Source: Azolla caroliniana (lineage: Eukaryota; Plantae; Polypodiophyta). From it: 64,000 nt of DNA. The notes beneath the pieces were generated by a model. That model was given only the letters and a program-made list of their open reading frames with translations, was not told the origin of the DNA and ran no database searches. A program made the position numbers and the translations under genes. The stretch lies in NCBI GenBank assembly GCA_043228905.1, contig JBHGNT010000017.1, positions 18,166,001 through 18,230,000 of the forward strand. Reading direction: 5' to 3'. This document shows positions 35,455-47,837 of the stretch, one piece after another. The first letter of the stretch is position 1, and each line of letters begins with the position of its first letter.

Positions 35455-36162
35455 TTTAATGAATTACGCTTTTTTTAAAGTATTACCCCGATCTTTAATT
35501 GCATATATGATGAAATGGCGCCACATCATAGACAAAAAGATTGCATGAATGGAGTTACCCAACCAAAAGAGTGGAAATGATCAAACTGATATAATGGTTT
35601 ATTGCACCGACCCACCCACAAAGAGCTCGCGCCAGCTCACTCTTGTGTCCCAGCCATGGGGCCATAAGCATACAAGTTAGCCCTCACCACAAGAGGTTAC
35701 ATCCATAGCAATGGCCCACATTTCACTGCAAGAGTAACATGTAAGGTTGGCAAGAACAAGAGCTCGACATGACCATCCATACCATATGCCGAAACAAAAC
35801 TACTTGGTGTTGTGTAACTTGCAAGTATGTATAGGACCCAAACTTTCTAACCCAAAGTTGAAGATTGACGATATCAACCCTCTCGGCAAACAATGTGTTC
35901 CCATCTCATCTGTTAATCATGTGCATTTCAACCCAGAGTATGAAGCCAATTTAATGTTTTTCACATTCTGAGGATGCAATACCAAGTAACATTCCAGGTG
36001 CCGCACTGGTTAAAGGTTGGGGCATAACACCGAATACTCTAGACAAGGTGTCTTATTAGCTATGAACCTTTTCACATCACACACAACAAGAATAGCCGGC
36101 CAATAGTTGAGGGAGCCCATCTACATGTGTTATGGATGGAGGGGTAAGGTTATATATAGGCC

Positions 36163-36249
36163 ATACACATACATAGTATACATATACATATACATATGCA
36201 TGCATGCATACATACATACATACATACATACATATGCATACATTATACA

Positions 36250-36280
<31 letters not shown>

Positions 36281-36394
36281 GCATACATTATACATACATA
36301 CATACATACATACATATGCATACATTATACATACATACATACATACATACATATGCATACATTATACATACATACATACATACATACATATGCA

Positions 36395-36425
<31 letters not shown>

Positions 36426-36650
36426 GCATACATTATACATACATACATACATACATACATACATACATACATACATACATACATACATACATACATACAT
36501 ACATTATACATACATACAATCATACATATACATATGCATACATACATACATACATACATAGACATAATATATATGTATAATATATGTATATGTATATGTA
36601 TAAATTATAACAGTATATGTATTATGTATATATTATGTTTGTATGAGTAT
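36163..36650. repeat. (CATA)n compound microsatellite with a recurring CATATGCATACATTATA interruption
   Basis: Directly visible; source of the spurious HTYI and MYVC ORFs. Confidence 0.95.
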
Positions 36651-36744
36651 ATTCATGTCATGTCAAAGAGTAAGTGCTTGCGTTAGTGCTTCATTTGTTA
36701 AGTGTTTCTTCTTGTTTTAATTTCTACTATTTTTCTTAATTATT

Positions 36745-37230
36745 AATAATTTCCACTAGTCAGATGCTGGAAAAGGTCTCTTTTAATTTCCAAATAATCG
36801 AATTCTGAAATCTCCCTTGATTTCCACTGATCGGTGGCTAAAATCTCTCTAATTTCCATTTGTCAGATGATAAAAACTCTTTTAATCTTCACTAATCAGG
36901 TGCGAACATCTCTTTTAATATCCACTAATCAGATTCTAAGCGTTTTTTATCTCCACGAATAGTCTAACAAATCTCTTTCAATATCTAATAATATTACACT
37001 GAATGTGATGGGCGATTTCTTCTATATAATCAATGTGCTAGCGGGCGATTTTGATTAATATTGGTCAGTTTCGATTAAATTTGTTGGGCAAATTTGCCTT
37101 TAATTAATTGTAATGGGCAATTTGCCTATAATTAATTGTAATGAGCAATTTGCCTATAATTAACTGTAATGAGCAATTTGGTTATAATTTTAACGGGAGA
37201 GTTTGATATAACTTAATGGGCGATTTGGTT
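36745..37230. repeat. Two degenerate minisatellites in the GLR upstream region (about 33-bp and about 27-bp units)
   Basis: Variants of ttccactaatcagatgctaaaatctcttttaat at 36745-36990, and of gggcaatttgcctataattaattgtaat at 37005-37230. Confidence 0.75.
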
Positions 37231-37300
37231 GCAGGGGAATTAGAAGTTTGGCTACACATACTAATTACGAATCTTAATTAATTAAGGATGTGACGGGTAA

Positions 37301-40300
37301 ATGGCGAGCCTGAATTATCTTCATGAGCTGCAGAAGAGATCAATAATGCTCTTAATTATAGCATTAATACTCCCACCATGGCTTTCATCAATCCAAAGAG
37401 GATCAATTGTAATGGGGATGAATCTCAACATAGGTCTACTACTACTAATTAATCCAATTAACAGCCTAATTTCTGCTCAATTTGTGGTGAAATTAATCTT
37501 AAGTAGTGAATTAATTTTTAGGTGCATTGGTGGATTTCGATTCATCAATCGGTCCATCGGTGAGAGAATCGATCCAATTGGCCGTCTCAGACATCAACAA
37601 GCTCCTCTTCCATAACCCTAATTCCTCAGACCCCCACCATCATCATAATCATAATCATCATCATCATAATCATAATCATCCATTCTCAGAAAACAGTGCT
37701 AATGATGGATCAAGCTCAGCTACTGCTACTGCTAATCATAGCAGTAATCATAGTAATGATAGTCGACCAGATCGCATCATCCTCCACATGTTCAATAGCA
37801 ACGATGATGCATTCCAATCTGCGGCTGCAGGTACCATACATTATTTGCTAATCCTTCCACAAATTACAAGACCAATGCCCGATTAGTTGTTCTTAAACAT
37901 GCCATTAACGGGTCTTAATCACCCCCATTTAATCACTTCATTACAAACTAACCATGCCATTAATGGGTCTTAATCGCCTCCATCTCAATCACTTCATTAC
38001 AAAATAACCATGCCATTAATGGGTCTTAATAACCTCCATCTTAATCACTTCATTACAAACTAACCATGCCATTACTGGGTCTTAATCACTTCATCTTCAT
38101 TGCAAAAAAAAAAACCTTGCCATTAGTGGGTCTTAATCACTTCATTAAAAAGAACCTTGCTATCAGTGGGTCATAATCATTCTATTACAAAAACGCCATG
38201 CCATTAGTGGGCGATTAAGACCGTTACAAAAATTCATGCCATTTATGGGTCTTACTGGCGTCATTACAAAAAACCATGCCATTAATGTGTCTTAATCACT
38301 TCATTACAAAAATAACCTTGCCATTAGTGGTTCTTAATCACTTCATTACAAAAGAAAATTCATGCCATTAGTGGGTCTTAATCACTTCATTACAAAAGAA
38401 AATTCATGCCATTTAGTGGGTCTTAATCACTTCATTACAAAAGAAAATTCATGCCATTAGTGGGTCTTAATCATTTCATCACAAAAGAGAATTCATGCCA
38501 TTAATGGATTTTAATCATTTCATTACAAAAATAAAATAAAACCATGCCATTAATGGGTTTTAATCACTTCATTACAAAAAAAGTCATGCCATTAATGGGG
38601 TCTTAAGAGCTTCATTTCAAAAATAACCATGCCATTAGTGGAGCTTAATACTTCATTACAAAATAACCATGCCATTAGAGGGTCTTGATAACTTTCATTA
38701 CAAAAATTCATGTCATTAGTGGGTCTTAATCACTTCATCACAAAAGAAATTTCATGTCATTAATGGGTTTTCATCACTTCATTACAAAAAAAAAACAAAA
38801 TCATGCCATTAATGGGGTGCTATATATGTACATATACCAACTTAAATGAATTAATGTAGCCATGGAGCTGTTGAAGCAAGAAGTGGTAGGAATCGTTGGA
38901 CCACAATCCACCACGGGCTCGCATTTCATTGCACACATGTGCACTTCCTTACGAGTCCCCTTGGTCTCATTCGGTGCCACGGACCCCGCCCTATCGGAGC
39001 ATCAGTACCCATTCTTCCTACGCCTCGCCCACAATGACATCTACCAAATGCAAGCGGTCGCGGACATCATCCGGTATTATAATTCTTCCCATCCTACAAC
39101 ACTCACCACTAATTTTAACTCACAAGATAGCCTTGACAAGTTCACTAAGCTTAGAGAAAGTCTCCGAGGTATGAGCTTAAGGGCATATACACTTGCACAA
39201 AAGAAACCTCCCTTGGTACTAAAGTTGTCGAATACTTAACATACAATATGAATACTAAGTTTTGTTAACATACACTATGCGTACAATATGAATACTAAGT
39301 ATTCTTGACATGCAATACACATACAAAATGAATACTAAGTATTCTTAACATATACTATGCATACAATACCATAGGGATACTACGTATTCTTAAAGTATTT
39401 TACCTTTTTTTAAATACCTATTCTACAAATAAAATACAATTATACAAGATTCAAAATGCTTCTTAAATCTTAAAGTCTTTTTAAATATTTTATTTTTTTG
39501 AAGCGTTAAATACTTGTTAAATACGTAGAATATGTGGTCAAACCCCCAATTCTAAAACTTAGAATACATGTCGAATATAAGGAATTCTAAACTACATCGT
39601 TTTTTAACAACTATACTCTATATGGTGGATACAAAATCTTTGGTTTTAGCATGTGAACATCATGTGCTAATATTGATGGTGACTTTAGTGTGGTGTTTCA
39701 CATGCCTTTCCTTTCCCATTGATCTTATATAGGTACTATGGGTGGCGAACCGTTGTTGCACTCTACACTGACAATGACTACGGGACCAATGGCATCACGG
39801 CCTTGGAAGATGCGCTCATGGAGCAAGTGAGCCCAAGCATGTTCTGGAAGGAGAGGCTCGCACCAAGCATTGACCGGAATGGCATAGGCCGGATACTTTC
39901 TAGGCTCACAATGATGGAATCAAGGATATTCGTGGTGCACACATCACAAGAAGACATGGGGATGAAGGTGTTCGAGGAGGCGGAGTATCTAGGGATGTTA
40001 AACACGGGGTTTGTCTGGATAGTGACCGACTTGGTAACGTCAAAGTTGGAAGAGATGGTGCGTAGCGATGTGAGGGTAGCTAGGGCAATGCAAGGGGTGA
40101 TAGGGATGAGGAGATACATAGAGGAGACAAGCAAACTAAAGGAATTGAGGGCAGAGTGGGCGGGTAGGACAACTGTCACGCGTGGGGCACCGTCCATGGA
40201 CTTAAATGTGTATGCAATGTGTGCATACGATGCGGTGTGGTTGATATTCGAGGCCGTAAGGGGCTTCCTAGGGAAGGGAGGTGTGCTTACATTCCAAGCC

Positions 40301-43300
40301 CAAGATTGGGGTGGGGTGAAGGCAGCTGGAGTTACCTCAGAGCTTGCGAAATTGAGGGTTTTGAAGCAAGGGGGTGAGTTGAGGCAAGAGATGGTACAAA
40401 TGAAGTTCAATGGGAGCTTGGGCAAGGTGCAATTGGACCAAAAAGGTGACATTAGGAGTGTTTGCTTCGAGATGGTGAACGTGGTCGGGCGCGGCACAAG
40501 GGCCATTGGCTACTGGCACAACTTCCTTGGCCTCACCTCACTTCCCCCTTCTCCCCTTCTCTTGTATGTACCCTATCCTAGGAATCGACAACGGTTCGGT
40601 TTTTGGTTTAACTAGTTTGGTCTTGTCCAAACCAAACTGGTTAAGCCTAAACCGGTTTGGGAGTTTCTAAACTTGAATCGAACCGGTTTAGGGGTTTCGG
40701 CTAACCGGTTATGCCTAAACTAGTTTTGGAACCGGTTTAGCCAAGCTGATTAAGCCTTAACCGACTTGGAAAGCCGTTTGGCCCAAATCGATTAAGTTTG
40801 GCTTTAGCTATTTCCAAACTTGAACCAAACCGGTTTAGGGGTTTAGATTGGTTATACCTAAACGGTTTATGAACCGGTTTAGCCAAGCCGAATAAGCCTT
40901 AACCGACTTGGAAAGCTATTTGGCCCAAATCGATTCAGTTCGGCTTGAGCCATCCCAAAACAACCTCAAACCGGTTAAAGACACTCAAGCCTAAACCGAA
41001 CCGAACCGCCAAACTGTTTGAAATAGTTTAACATTTTGGTTTAGGCTTGAGCCGAGCGGTTGCCGGATTCCTACCCTACCCTACTCTCACCAAATTGGGA
41101 CTTTTTATGTTCATATAGTTTACTTTTTCTCCTTTGTCTCCATTTTGTCCGGCTTACATATGATGGCATTGAGTTTGGAATTGTTCACAGTGACACGATC
41201 CATGCGGACGACCAAAACACCAATGTGTTTGTGAATAAATGGAACGACCAAGTGAAGTTACCGGATGTGTTATGGCCAGGAGGGAGCACCCAGGTGCCAC
41301 GTGGGTGGGTGATACCACAAAATGGAAGGCCTTTAAAAATCGGTGTCCCCAGGAGAGCTGGGTATAAGGAGCTTATCCGTCAAACTACCGATACACATAC
41401 CAATGTCACCACCTTCCATGGGTTTTGCATCAATGTGTTTGAGGATGCTATACGATATCTCCCGTATGCGGTTACATATGAGTTTATTATGACTACGGGG
41501 AACGAAAATGATACACCCGTTTACGACAACTTGATTGCTAGGCTTGCAAACCAGGTATCGATGTTACACATTTCTTTTGTTTTGTTCCGTTTTGCAAAAG
41601 TGTCACTTCTATTTCGTAGGTCTAAGTTGTGCTTGTAAAGATTTGTCATGCAAAAAATTTCATTCTCTAGATATGAGCTTCAAGATATTACATTTTGTTA
41701 CATTGCAAAAACGAGCTCTATGTCCAAGATCAATGTATTGTTGTCTCGCTTGTGAACAATGAACTAACTAATTCAAGATGTTGCATTTCTTCACCAAACC
41801 CTAAACCCTTTTCTTTTACTATGAATTTAATTTTATTGATTGCATTAATTTGTCGGCTTTCACTTGCATAAACTTTGGTCTTCCGACTGCAATTGCAAGT
41901 AGTTGAATTTAAACAAGAATCAACAAGATTGTCTATGAAGGAAATGATGAGAAAGGGTAACTATGATGAAGCTCCTTTTTCGAACCCATGATTGTTCTGA
42001 TATGATAATGTTTGCGTCTCTTGTGTGAATCGCCAAAGCCACCAAACATTTATAGATACCAAGATTCCTTACCATATCCCTTTATGGAAATAAGACCTCG
42101 AGTGTCAAAAGCAATTGTGATATTAAGATAATCATAAAATGTGTCGATCTGCATTGGGGCATTGTAAATGGGAAAGATTGAATCAAACTTTTGTTTCTAA
42201 TATATTATTGTCACTAGCAATCCCCCACTGCATAGTTTTTTAATTGAATCTTTACACAAATTTTGCTTTATGGTTGGATGTTTGAACCTTAAAAGAGGGA
42301 TATTCAAGTGAAAAATACTACAGATGAGTATTCCATGATACATACATGTTTTAAAGTTTTTGGGTATATGCATTCCTTCACAAAATTGCATACTCAAGTG
42401 ATTCGATTGATATATTATCATCATAATCTTGTTGAAAAGGAAGCACAAGGATTTTTTGAGGTCCACTCCTTTTGTTTAATGAAATGCAAAAGTGAATCCA
42501 ACAATTTTTCATAGTGATGTAATGAGTAACAAATAGGATAGCCTCGAATCAAAAGTGCAAAAAAACCTTGTTTGTGGTGGGATTTGAGCCATTTTTACAA
42601 TGCAAATTATGAATCAAATTGGAAATGTATCTACAAGTAAAACAATCTCTCTTGGGATGGATGTGATACATCCATTCGATCTCGAGGAGGCATGTGACAT
42701 CCATTCCCCTAGAGCCTACTTTGTAGTTGTCATCACACCATAATTGATGTCAATCGGATTCCTCTAGATGACCATACCGGTCTACGTATGAGCCCATTTA
42801 CTGTTCAATCGGTTCAGATTCAGGGGATTTGTGAGGCATGGCCACCGATGAGTTCGTCACTAACGAATTTTTTGTATGTAATGATGGCGATCGATCATGG
42901 GCATGATAAGCTCTTGTGAAGGAATTTGTAGTTCATTTTTGCTATTTAATCCTAAAGGTTAGAATTTTTTAGTCCATTTTGCCAAGTTAATCCCCCTGAA
43001 GCTTAAAATTTTTTATTTCATTTTTACTATTTAATCCCTCTGAAGGTTAGAATTTTTTAGTTCATTTTGCCATTCAATCCCTCTGAAGGTCAGAATTTTT
43101 TTGTTCATTTTGCCATGTAATCCCCCTGAATGATAGAATCTGTTGTTACCTTTTTTGCCATTTAATCCTGAAGGTTAGAATTTTTTAGTCCATTTTGCCA
43201 AGTTAATCCCCCTGAAGCTTAAAATTTTTTATTTCATTTTTACTATTTAATCCCTCTGAAGGTTAGAATTTTTTAGTTCATTTTGCCATTCAATCCCTCT

Positions 43301-46300
43301 GAAGGTCAGAATTTTTTTGTTCATTTTGCCATGTAATCCCCCTGAATGATAGAATCTGTTGTTACCTTTTTTGCCATTTAATCCTGAAGGTTAGAATTTT
43401 TTAGTCCATTTTGCCAAGTTAATCCCCCTGAAGCTTAAAATTTTTTATTTCATTTTTACTATTTAATCCCTCTGAAGGTTAGAATTTTTTAGTTCATTTT
43501 GCCATTCAATCCCTCTGAAGGTCAGAATTTTTTTGTTCATTTTGCCATGTAATCCCCCTGAATGATAGAATCTGTTGTTACCTTTTTTGCCATTTAATCC
43601 TGAAGGTTAGAATTTTTTAGTCCATTTTGCCATTTAATCTCCCTGAAGGTTAGGGACTCCATTTTTTACAGGAATTTGATGCAGTTGTGGGTGATGCAAC
43701 CATCACAAAGAAAAGATTGGATCTGGTTGATTTCACACAACCCTATATTGAGTCTGGGCTAGAGATCATTGTTCCTCTTATCAGCAAAAGGCCCAACAAT
43801 GAATGGGCCTTCTTGCAACCTTTCACCCCCACATTGTGGATCACCATTGGAGCTTTCTTCCTCTTCACTGGCCTTGTCATATGGATGTTGGAACACAAAA
43901 TCAACTATGCTTTCAGGGGCCGATTCCGCAAACAAATCGTTACCTCTCTCTGGTCAGTCACTATGCTCTCCACTATCTGAACCTAATTCTGGTTTGTATT
44001 TGTCCTCTATATATATAACATGCATGAAGAAAATAGTGGTGACTGTTGAAGTAAAAGATCGTGTTGTATGAAGACATTGTGGTGAGTTTTTTATGTTCTA
44101 TGAAGAAAATTGTAGCAGAGTGTTTCAGTAAATGAATATGTTTTGTGAAGTGAAGAAACTTTGGTTAGTTTTAAGCAGAATAACATGTTCTGTGAAGAAA
44201 TTTGTTGAGTTCTAAGTAGAATAACCTTTTGTTTGAGAATTTGTCAAGTTTTTTAAGTAAAATAACATGTTGCATGAAGAAAATTATGGTGAGTTACACT
44301 AAACATATTTATCTGCATATGTTGAATGAAGAGATAGGAATGAGTTTCAGTCAACATGTATGCAGAAATTGTGGTGGCTAATATGAAGTAATTGCTGTGA
44401 ACTCACAAGGCGTATAGTATGATCAAATTGTGGCTAGTAAAACTACATGAGAAAATTGTGAATCTAAATGTGTATTAAGCAAATGTGGTGAGTTCTCTAC
44501 ATATGTTGTGAGAACAAATTTGTGGCTGGTGAAACTATACATGTATGCAAGCAAACTGTGCGTCTGTGTATGAAGTAATTGTAATGATCTAACAATTTAT
44601 GGTATCTAATCTCTGGTGATCTAACTATATGCTTACGATCATGAGAAGCTTAGTCTTATGATAATCTGTCTAGTATCCATTTTCACCTACATTAAATCAA
44701 GATAAGATTAGTGTATCTAAACACAATCTTGATATTAGGTTTCTTTCCCGTAGATTGCTCCATGATGCTGTAGGCAACTCCTTTATATGCAGACCGAGTT
44801 GTTTTTCATTGAATCAGTAGAAAGTTCAAGCTACATCCCCACCCCCACCCCCAACCATGTCTTTTCCCTTTTAAGCAAAGATTAAAATCAGTTTACACTA
44901 ATTACAGGATATCTTCTTTTAAAAAAAAAAATCTGTTTTACTACAAAGAGATTTCTAAACTTTGTTTCTTGCTGCAATCAGGTTTATCTTCTCAACCCTA
45001 TTCTTTGCACAGAGTAAGTTTCACAAACTTTCTATTTGATCCCCCCTCTCCCACCCCCACCCCATAGAAACAAAGCCTATAAAGGTATTCACTGACATTT
45101 ATTTCTTTTCTGGTAGGGGAAAAGACCAAAAGTGTCCTTGGCAGAGCTGTGCTCATTATTTGGCTATTTGTAGTCCTCATTATCACTTCAAGCTATACAG
45201 CAAGTCTGACATCAATCCTTACTGTGCAGCAACTCTCACCTTCCATGTTAGGCATCCATAGTTTGCTTGCAACAAATGATCCTATTGGCTATCAAAGTGG
45301 ATCCTTTGTGAAAGAGTACTTAGTTGAGCTTGGAGTAAAACCAGAAAGATTAGTGTCTTTAGACACAAAGGCAATGTATGCCAAAGCTCTTAGATTGGGT
45401 CCAGCCAATGGAGGGGTTGCAGCCATAGTTGATGAGCTCCCTTATGTTCAATTGTTCTTGGCATCAGAACGTAGCAATGAGTTCACAACTGCAGGTCAAG
45501 AGTTCACCAAAAGTGGGTGGGCCTTTGTGAGTATATTCATGTTTCCTTTTCTTGTAATTATTAACATTTTTGTACATCCATGACCTTCCACCCCATCTGT
45601 AGGTTTTGCAAGTTTTCTTTTCATGCATGAAATGAATAAGAAATAATGAGAAAATACAAAAAATGTATGAGAATTGAACTTTTAACATTCAAATTTCATG
45701 TTTTCAATTCTCATATAGTTATTTCAAATACATAAAAATGACCATCAGCCTTATTTCTAAGCAAACCATTTTGTTTTTATTACTGTATGTTAGGTCTTGG
45801 CAGACTGTTTTCTTATCATAATCGGCAGTGACTCTTAACCGTTTGGAAAATTTCATCACTGATTAGGCGAATTTCCTCTTCATAATGAAGCAAAATAAAC
45901 TTATGAGAAAATACTGCTAATATGTGAGATTTTAGTAGAAATAGCATATAAATCTGTTGGATATAGATAGATACATAGATGTGTGTGTGCTCAAAAATTT
46001 GACTTGAGGTTTTAGTGAAAGAGGGCAAGGGTATTTTTCCCTTAGCACTGGCTTGTGTCCTCTAGATGGATATATCCACAGGTATGAAAACTGAGTTTCT
46101 TTGAGCTGTTTACGGTGAACCTGATAAGGTGACATAATATTAATCTTTGGGTTATTATGGCTCAACTATCCCTATATACACATGTTTTTGATAGTGGATA
46201 TAGTGATATTCAGTTCATTAAACCATCATTATCAACGTGATTGTGATATTTGATTCATTTGTCATCATTTCAGGCTTTCCCAAAAAATTCACAGCTAACA

Positions 46301-46717
46301 TCAGATATGTCAGCAGCAATTCTTAGGATGTCAGAGAATGGGGAACTACAGAAGATCCATAGTTTATGGTTCAATAATCAAGAGAGTGCACCTAAAGATG
46401 CAGAAGTTGATTCCAGCCAACTAGACCTTAAGCCCTTTTCAGGCCTTTTTCTAATTACTGGCTCCATATCTACTCTTTGTCTTATTGTTTATGTTATAAG
46501 GCTGCTGAAGCAATTTATAAGATCGAGGGCATGGAATGGATCAAACCTTTCGGCCACCTCTTCTTTATCCAGGAGTGCTCAGTTTATAAAGTCTTTTGCT
46601 TTGTATATAGATGAGCCGATTGATCGGAATACTCCTAACAGAAAATATTCCGAGGAGACAGCGGTCGGCCATGTGCTAGAGAGATCCCCAGTTTCTTCTC
46701 TTGACAGAGATACTTGA
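37301..46717 (+). CDS. GLR: Glutamate receptor-like ion channel (GLR, clade-3-like). Exons approx. 37301-37433, 37522-37830, 38860-39073, 39733-40563, 41191-41554, 43672-43952, 44982-45013, 45117-45526, 46274-46717
   Basis: GT-AG introns join in frame. Signal peptide; ATD ([35 protein letters not shown]); S1 (WPGG...[26 protein letters not shown]); M1; pore [13 protein letters not shown]; M3 [12 protein letters not shown]; S2 ([22 protein letters not shown]); M4. Confidence 0.96.
37898..38817. repeat. Tandem array of about 21 units (41-57 bp) filling GLR intron 2
   Basis: Unit catgccatta(a/g)tgggtcttaatcacttcattacaaaa with a variable A-rich linker. Confidence 0.93.
39228..39395. repeat. About 40-bp degenerate tandem repeat in GLR intron 3
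   Basis: acaatatgaatactaagtattcttaacatacactatgc, about 4 copies. Confidence 0.75.
40579..41073. mobile_element. hAT-type MITE in GLR intron 4
   Basis: Imperfect TIRs TAGGAATC-GACAACGGTTCGG and CCGAGCGGTTGCCGGATTCCTA. 8-bp TSD ccctatcc / ccctaccc. Internal about 140-bp direct repeat rich in AACCGGTT. Confidence 0.8.
42925..43655. repeat. Higher-order tandem repeat in GLR intron 5: 5 x about 43-bp monomers form a 216-bp unit, about 3.3 copies
   Basis: gccaagttaatccccctgaagc starts at 42981, 43197 and 43413 (period 216). Monomer ttcattttgccatttaatccctctgaaggttagaatttttt. Confidence 0.93.
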
Positions 46718-47837
46718 AGCGAGAGAACATTTATTTAGATTTTTAGGCAAGGGGGATTTTAGGCCCTATGGTTTAAGAACAAAGCTTACATTATCTTATC
46801 ACATAGCCATTATCTTATCATGTTGTAAGCTTACATTCTCTTTTACAACATAAAAGCTTCAATGGAAGCTTTTGCTGCCTGGACCACTGTATCTAATTTT
46901 ATTTACTGAATGTATAATATATAAGTATTAGACAAGTGTATTTTAGGCCTAGCATATGATAAGTCCTCTAGTTCTTGCCATGCTGATATATTTTGTTCTC
47001 TATTTGAAGTCATTCAATCTAGGGTTTGCTCATTTTAGTGAAGATTGTGAATGTAAATATAAGGGCTATCACATGGAAACGAGCAGGACTTTTAATCACT
47101 TATGATTAACACTGAAGAATTTCGTGACCAAACATGCCCTAAAGTAAGTACCCACACTAATATGTATATTTATGAGGTAATGAGATACTAAAAGCCAAAT
47201 GTTATCACATTGACTTATAATAACATGGTACAAGAGAAAATGTCGGTGCATTATGTCAATATCTTTCAGGGAACTAATGGTCAATCAGTAAGATGTGTCT
47301 GTGCAAAAAAGTATGTAATAAGACACCACACAAGCATAACATCAGGGAGAAAAAACATAGTTCTTTGCTATCACAGTGAAGAAACAAGCTTCATAAGCTA
47401 GTATTTAGGCATTGAAATTCTATTGCTTAGCATGTAGGAAGTAGAACTTGAGTCTGCTTTATACCTAGATGCTCCTTAACCTACTCCTAAAAAACCCTGG
47501 GACATGTCTCTCTTGCCACTCAGATTACCATAATCAGATTCATATTTCTCCCATTACTCTCTTTAACATCATATGACTTTCCAAAACCCACCATTCTATA
47601 TATGGGAAAGCTTGGGTCTTGCATCATGTATGTAGTACTTCCTACACATTTCCATGGCCAAAACTACAATAAACCACTAGCATGGAACAATAAACCACCG
47701 AACTGGTTCTATTTCAATTAAAAATGTCATGTGAGGTAACACGAGAGACATTAAGTCTTTTTCGTGCAAGAAAACACTGCAAGGTTATACCACACTTACA
47801 AATACACAACCCAATTATTCTGAAACAGATCACTTTT

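Noticed and set aside
30650-36100. Old retroelement-like debris, with similar debris at 16300-17950
   Set aside because: Too degenerate to assign a family or boundaries by eye.
36077-36686. Many HTYI / MYVC ORFs
   Set aside because: Artefacts of translating (CATA)n.
37898-38817. Repeat array with a palindromic core resembling a CRISPR array
   Set aside because: The linkers are short, A-rich and related to each other rather than unique spacers; there are no cas genes; the array lies in a eukaryotic intron.
1296-46717. CFAP70 and GLR as a sperm-function cluster (moss GLRs act in sperm chemotaxis)
   Set aside because: They are 28 kb apart with LIG4 and transposons between them; there is no sequence evidence for co-regulation.
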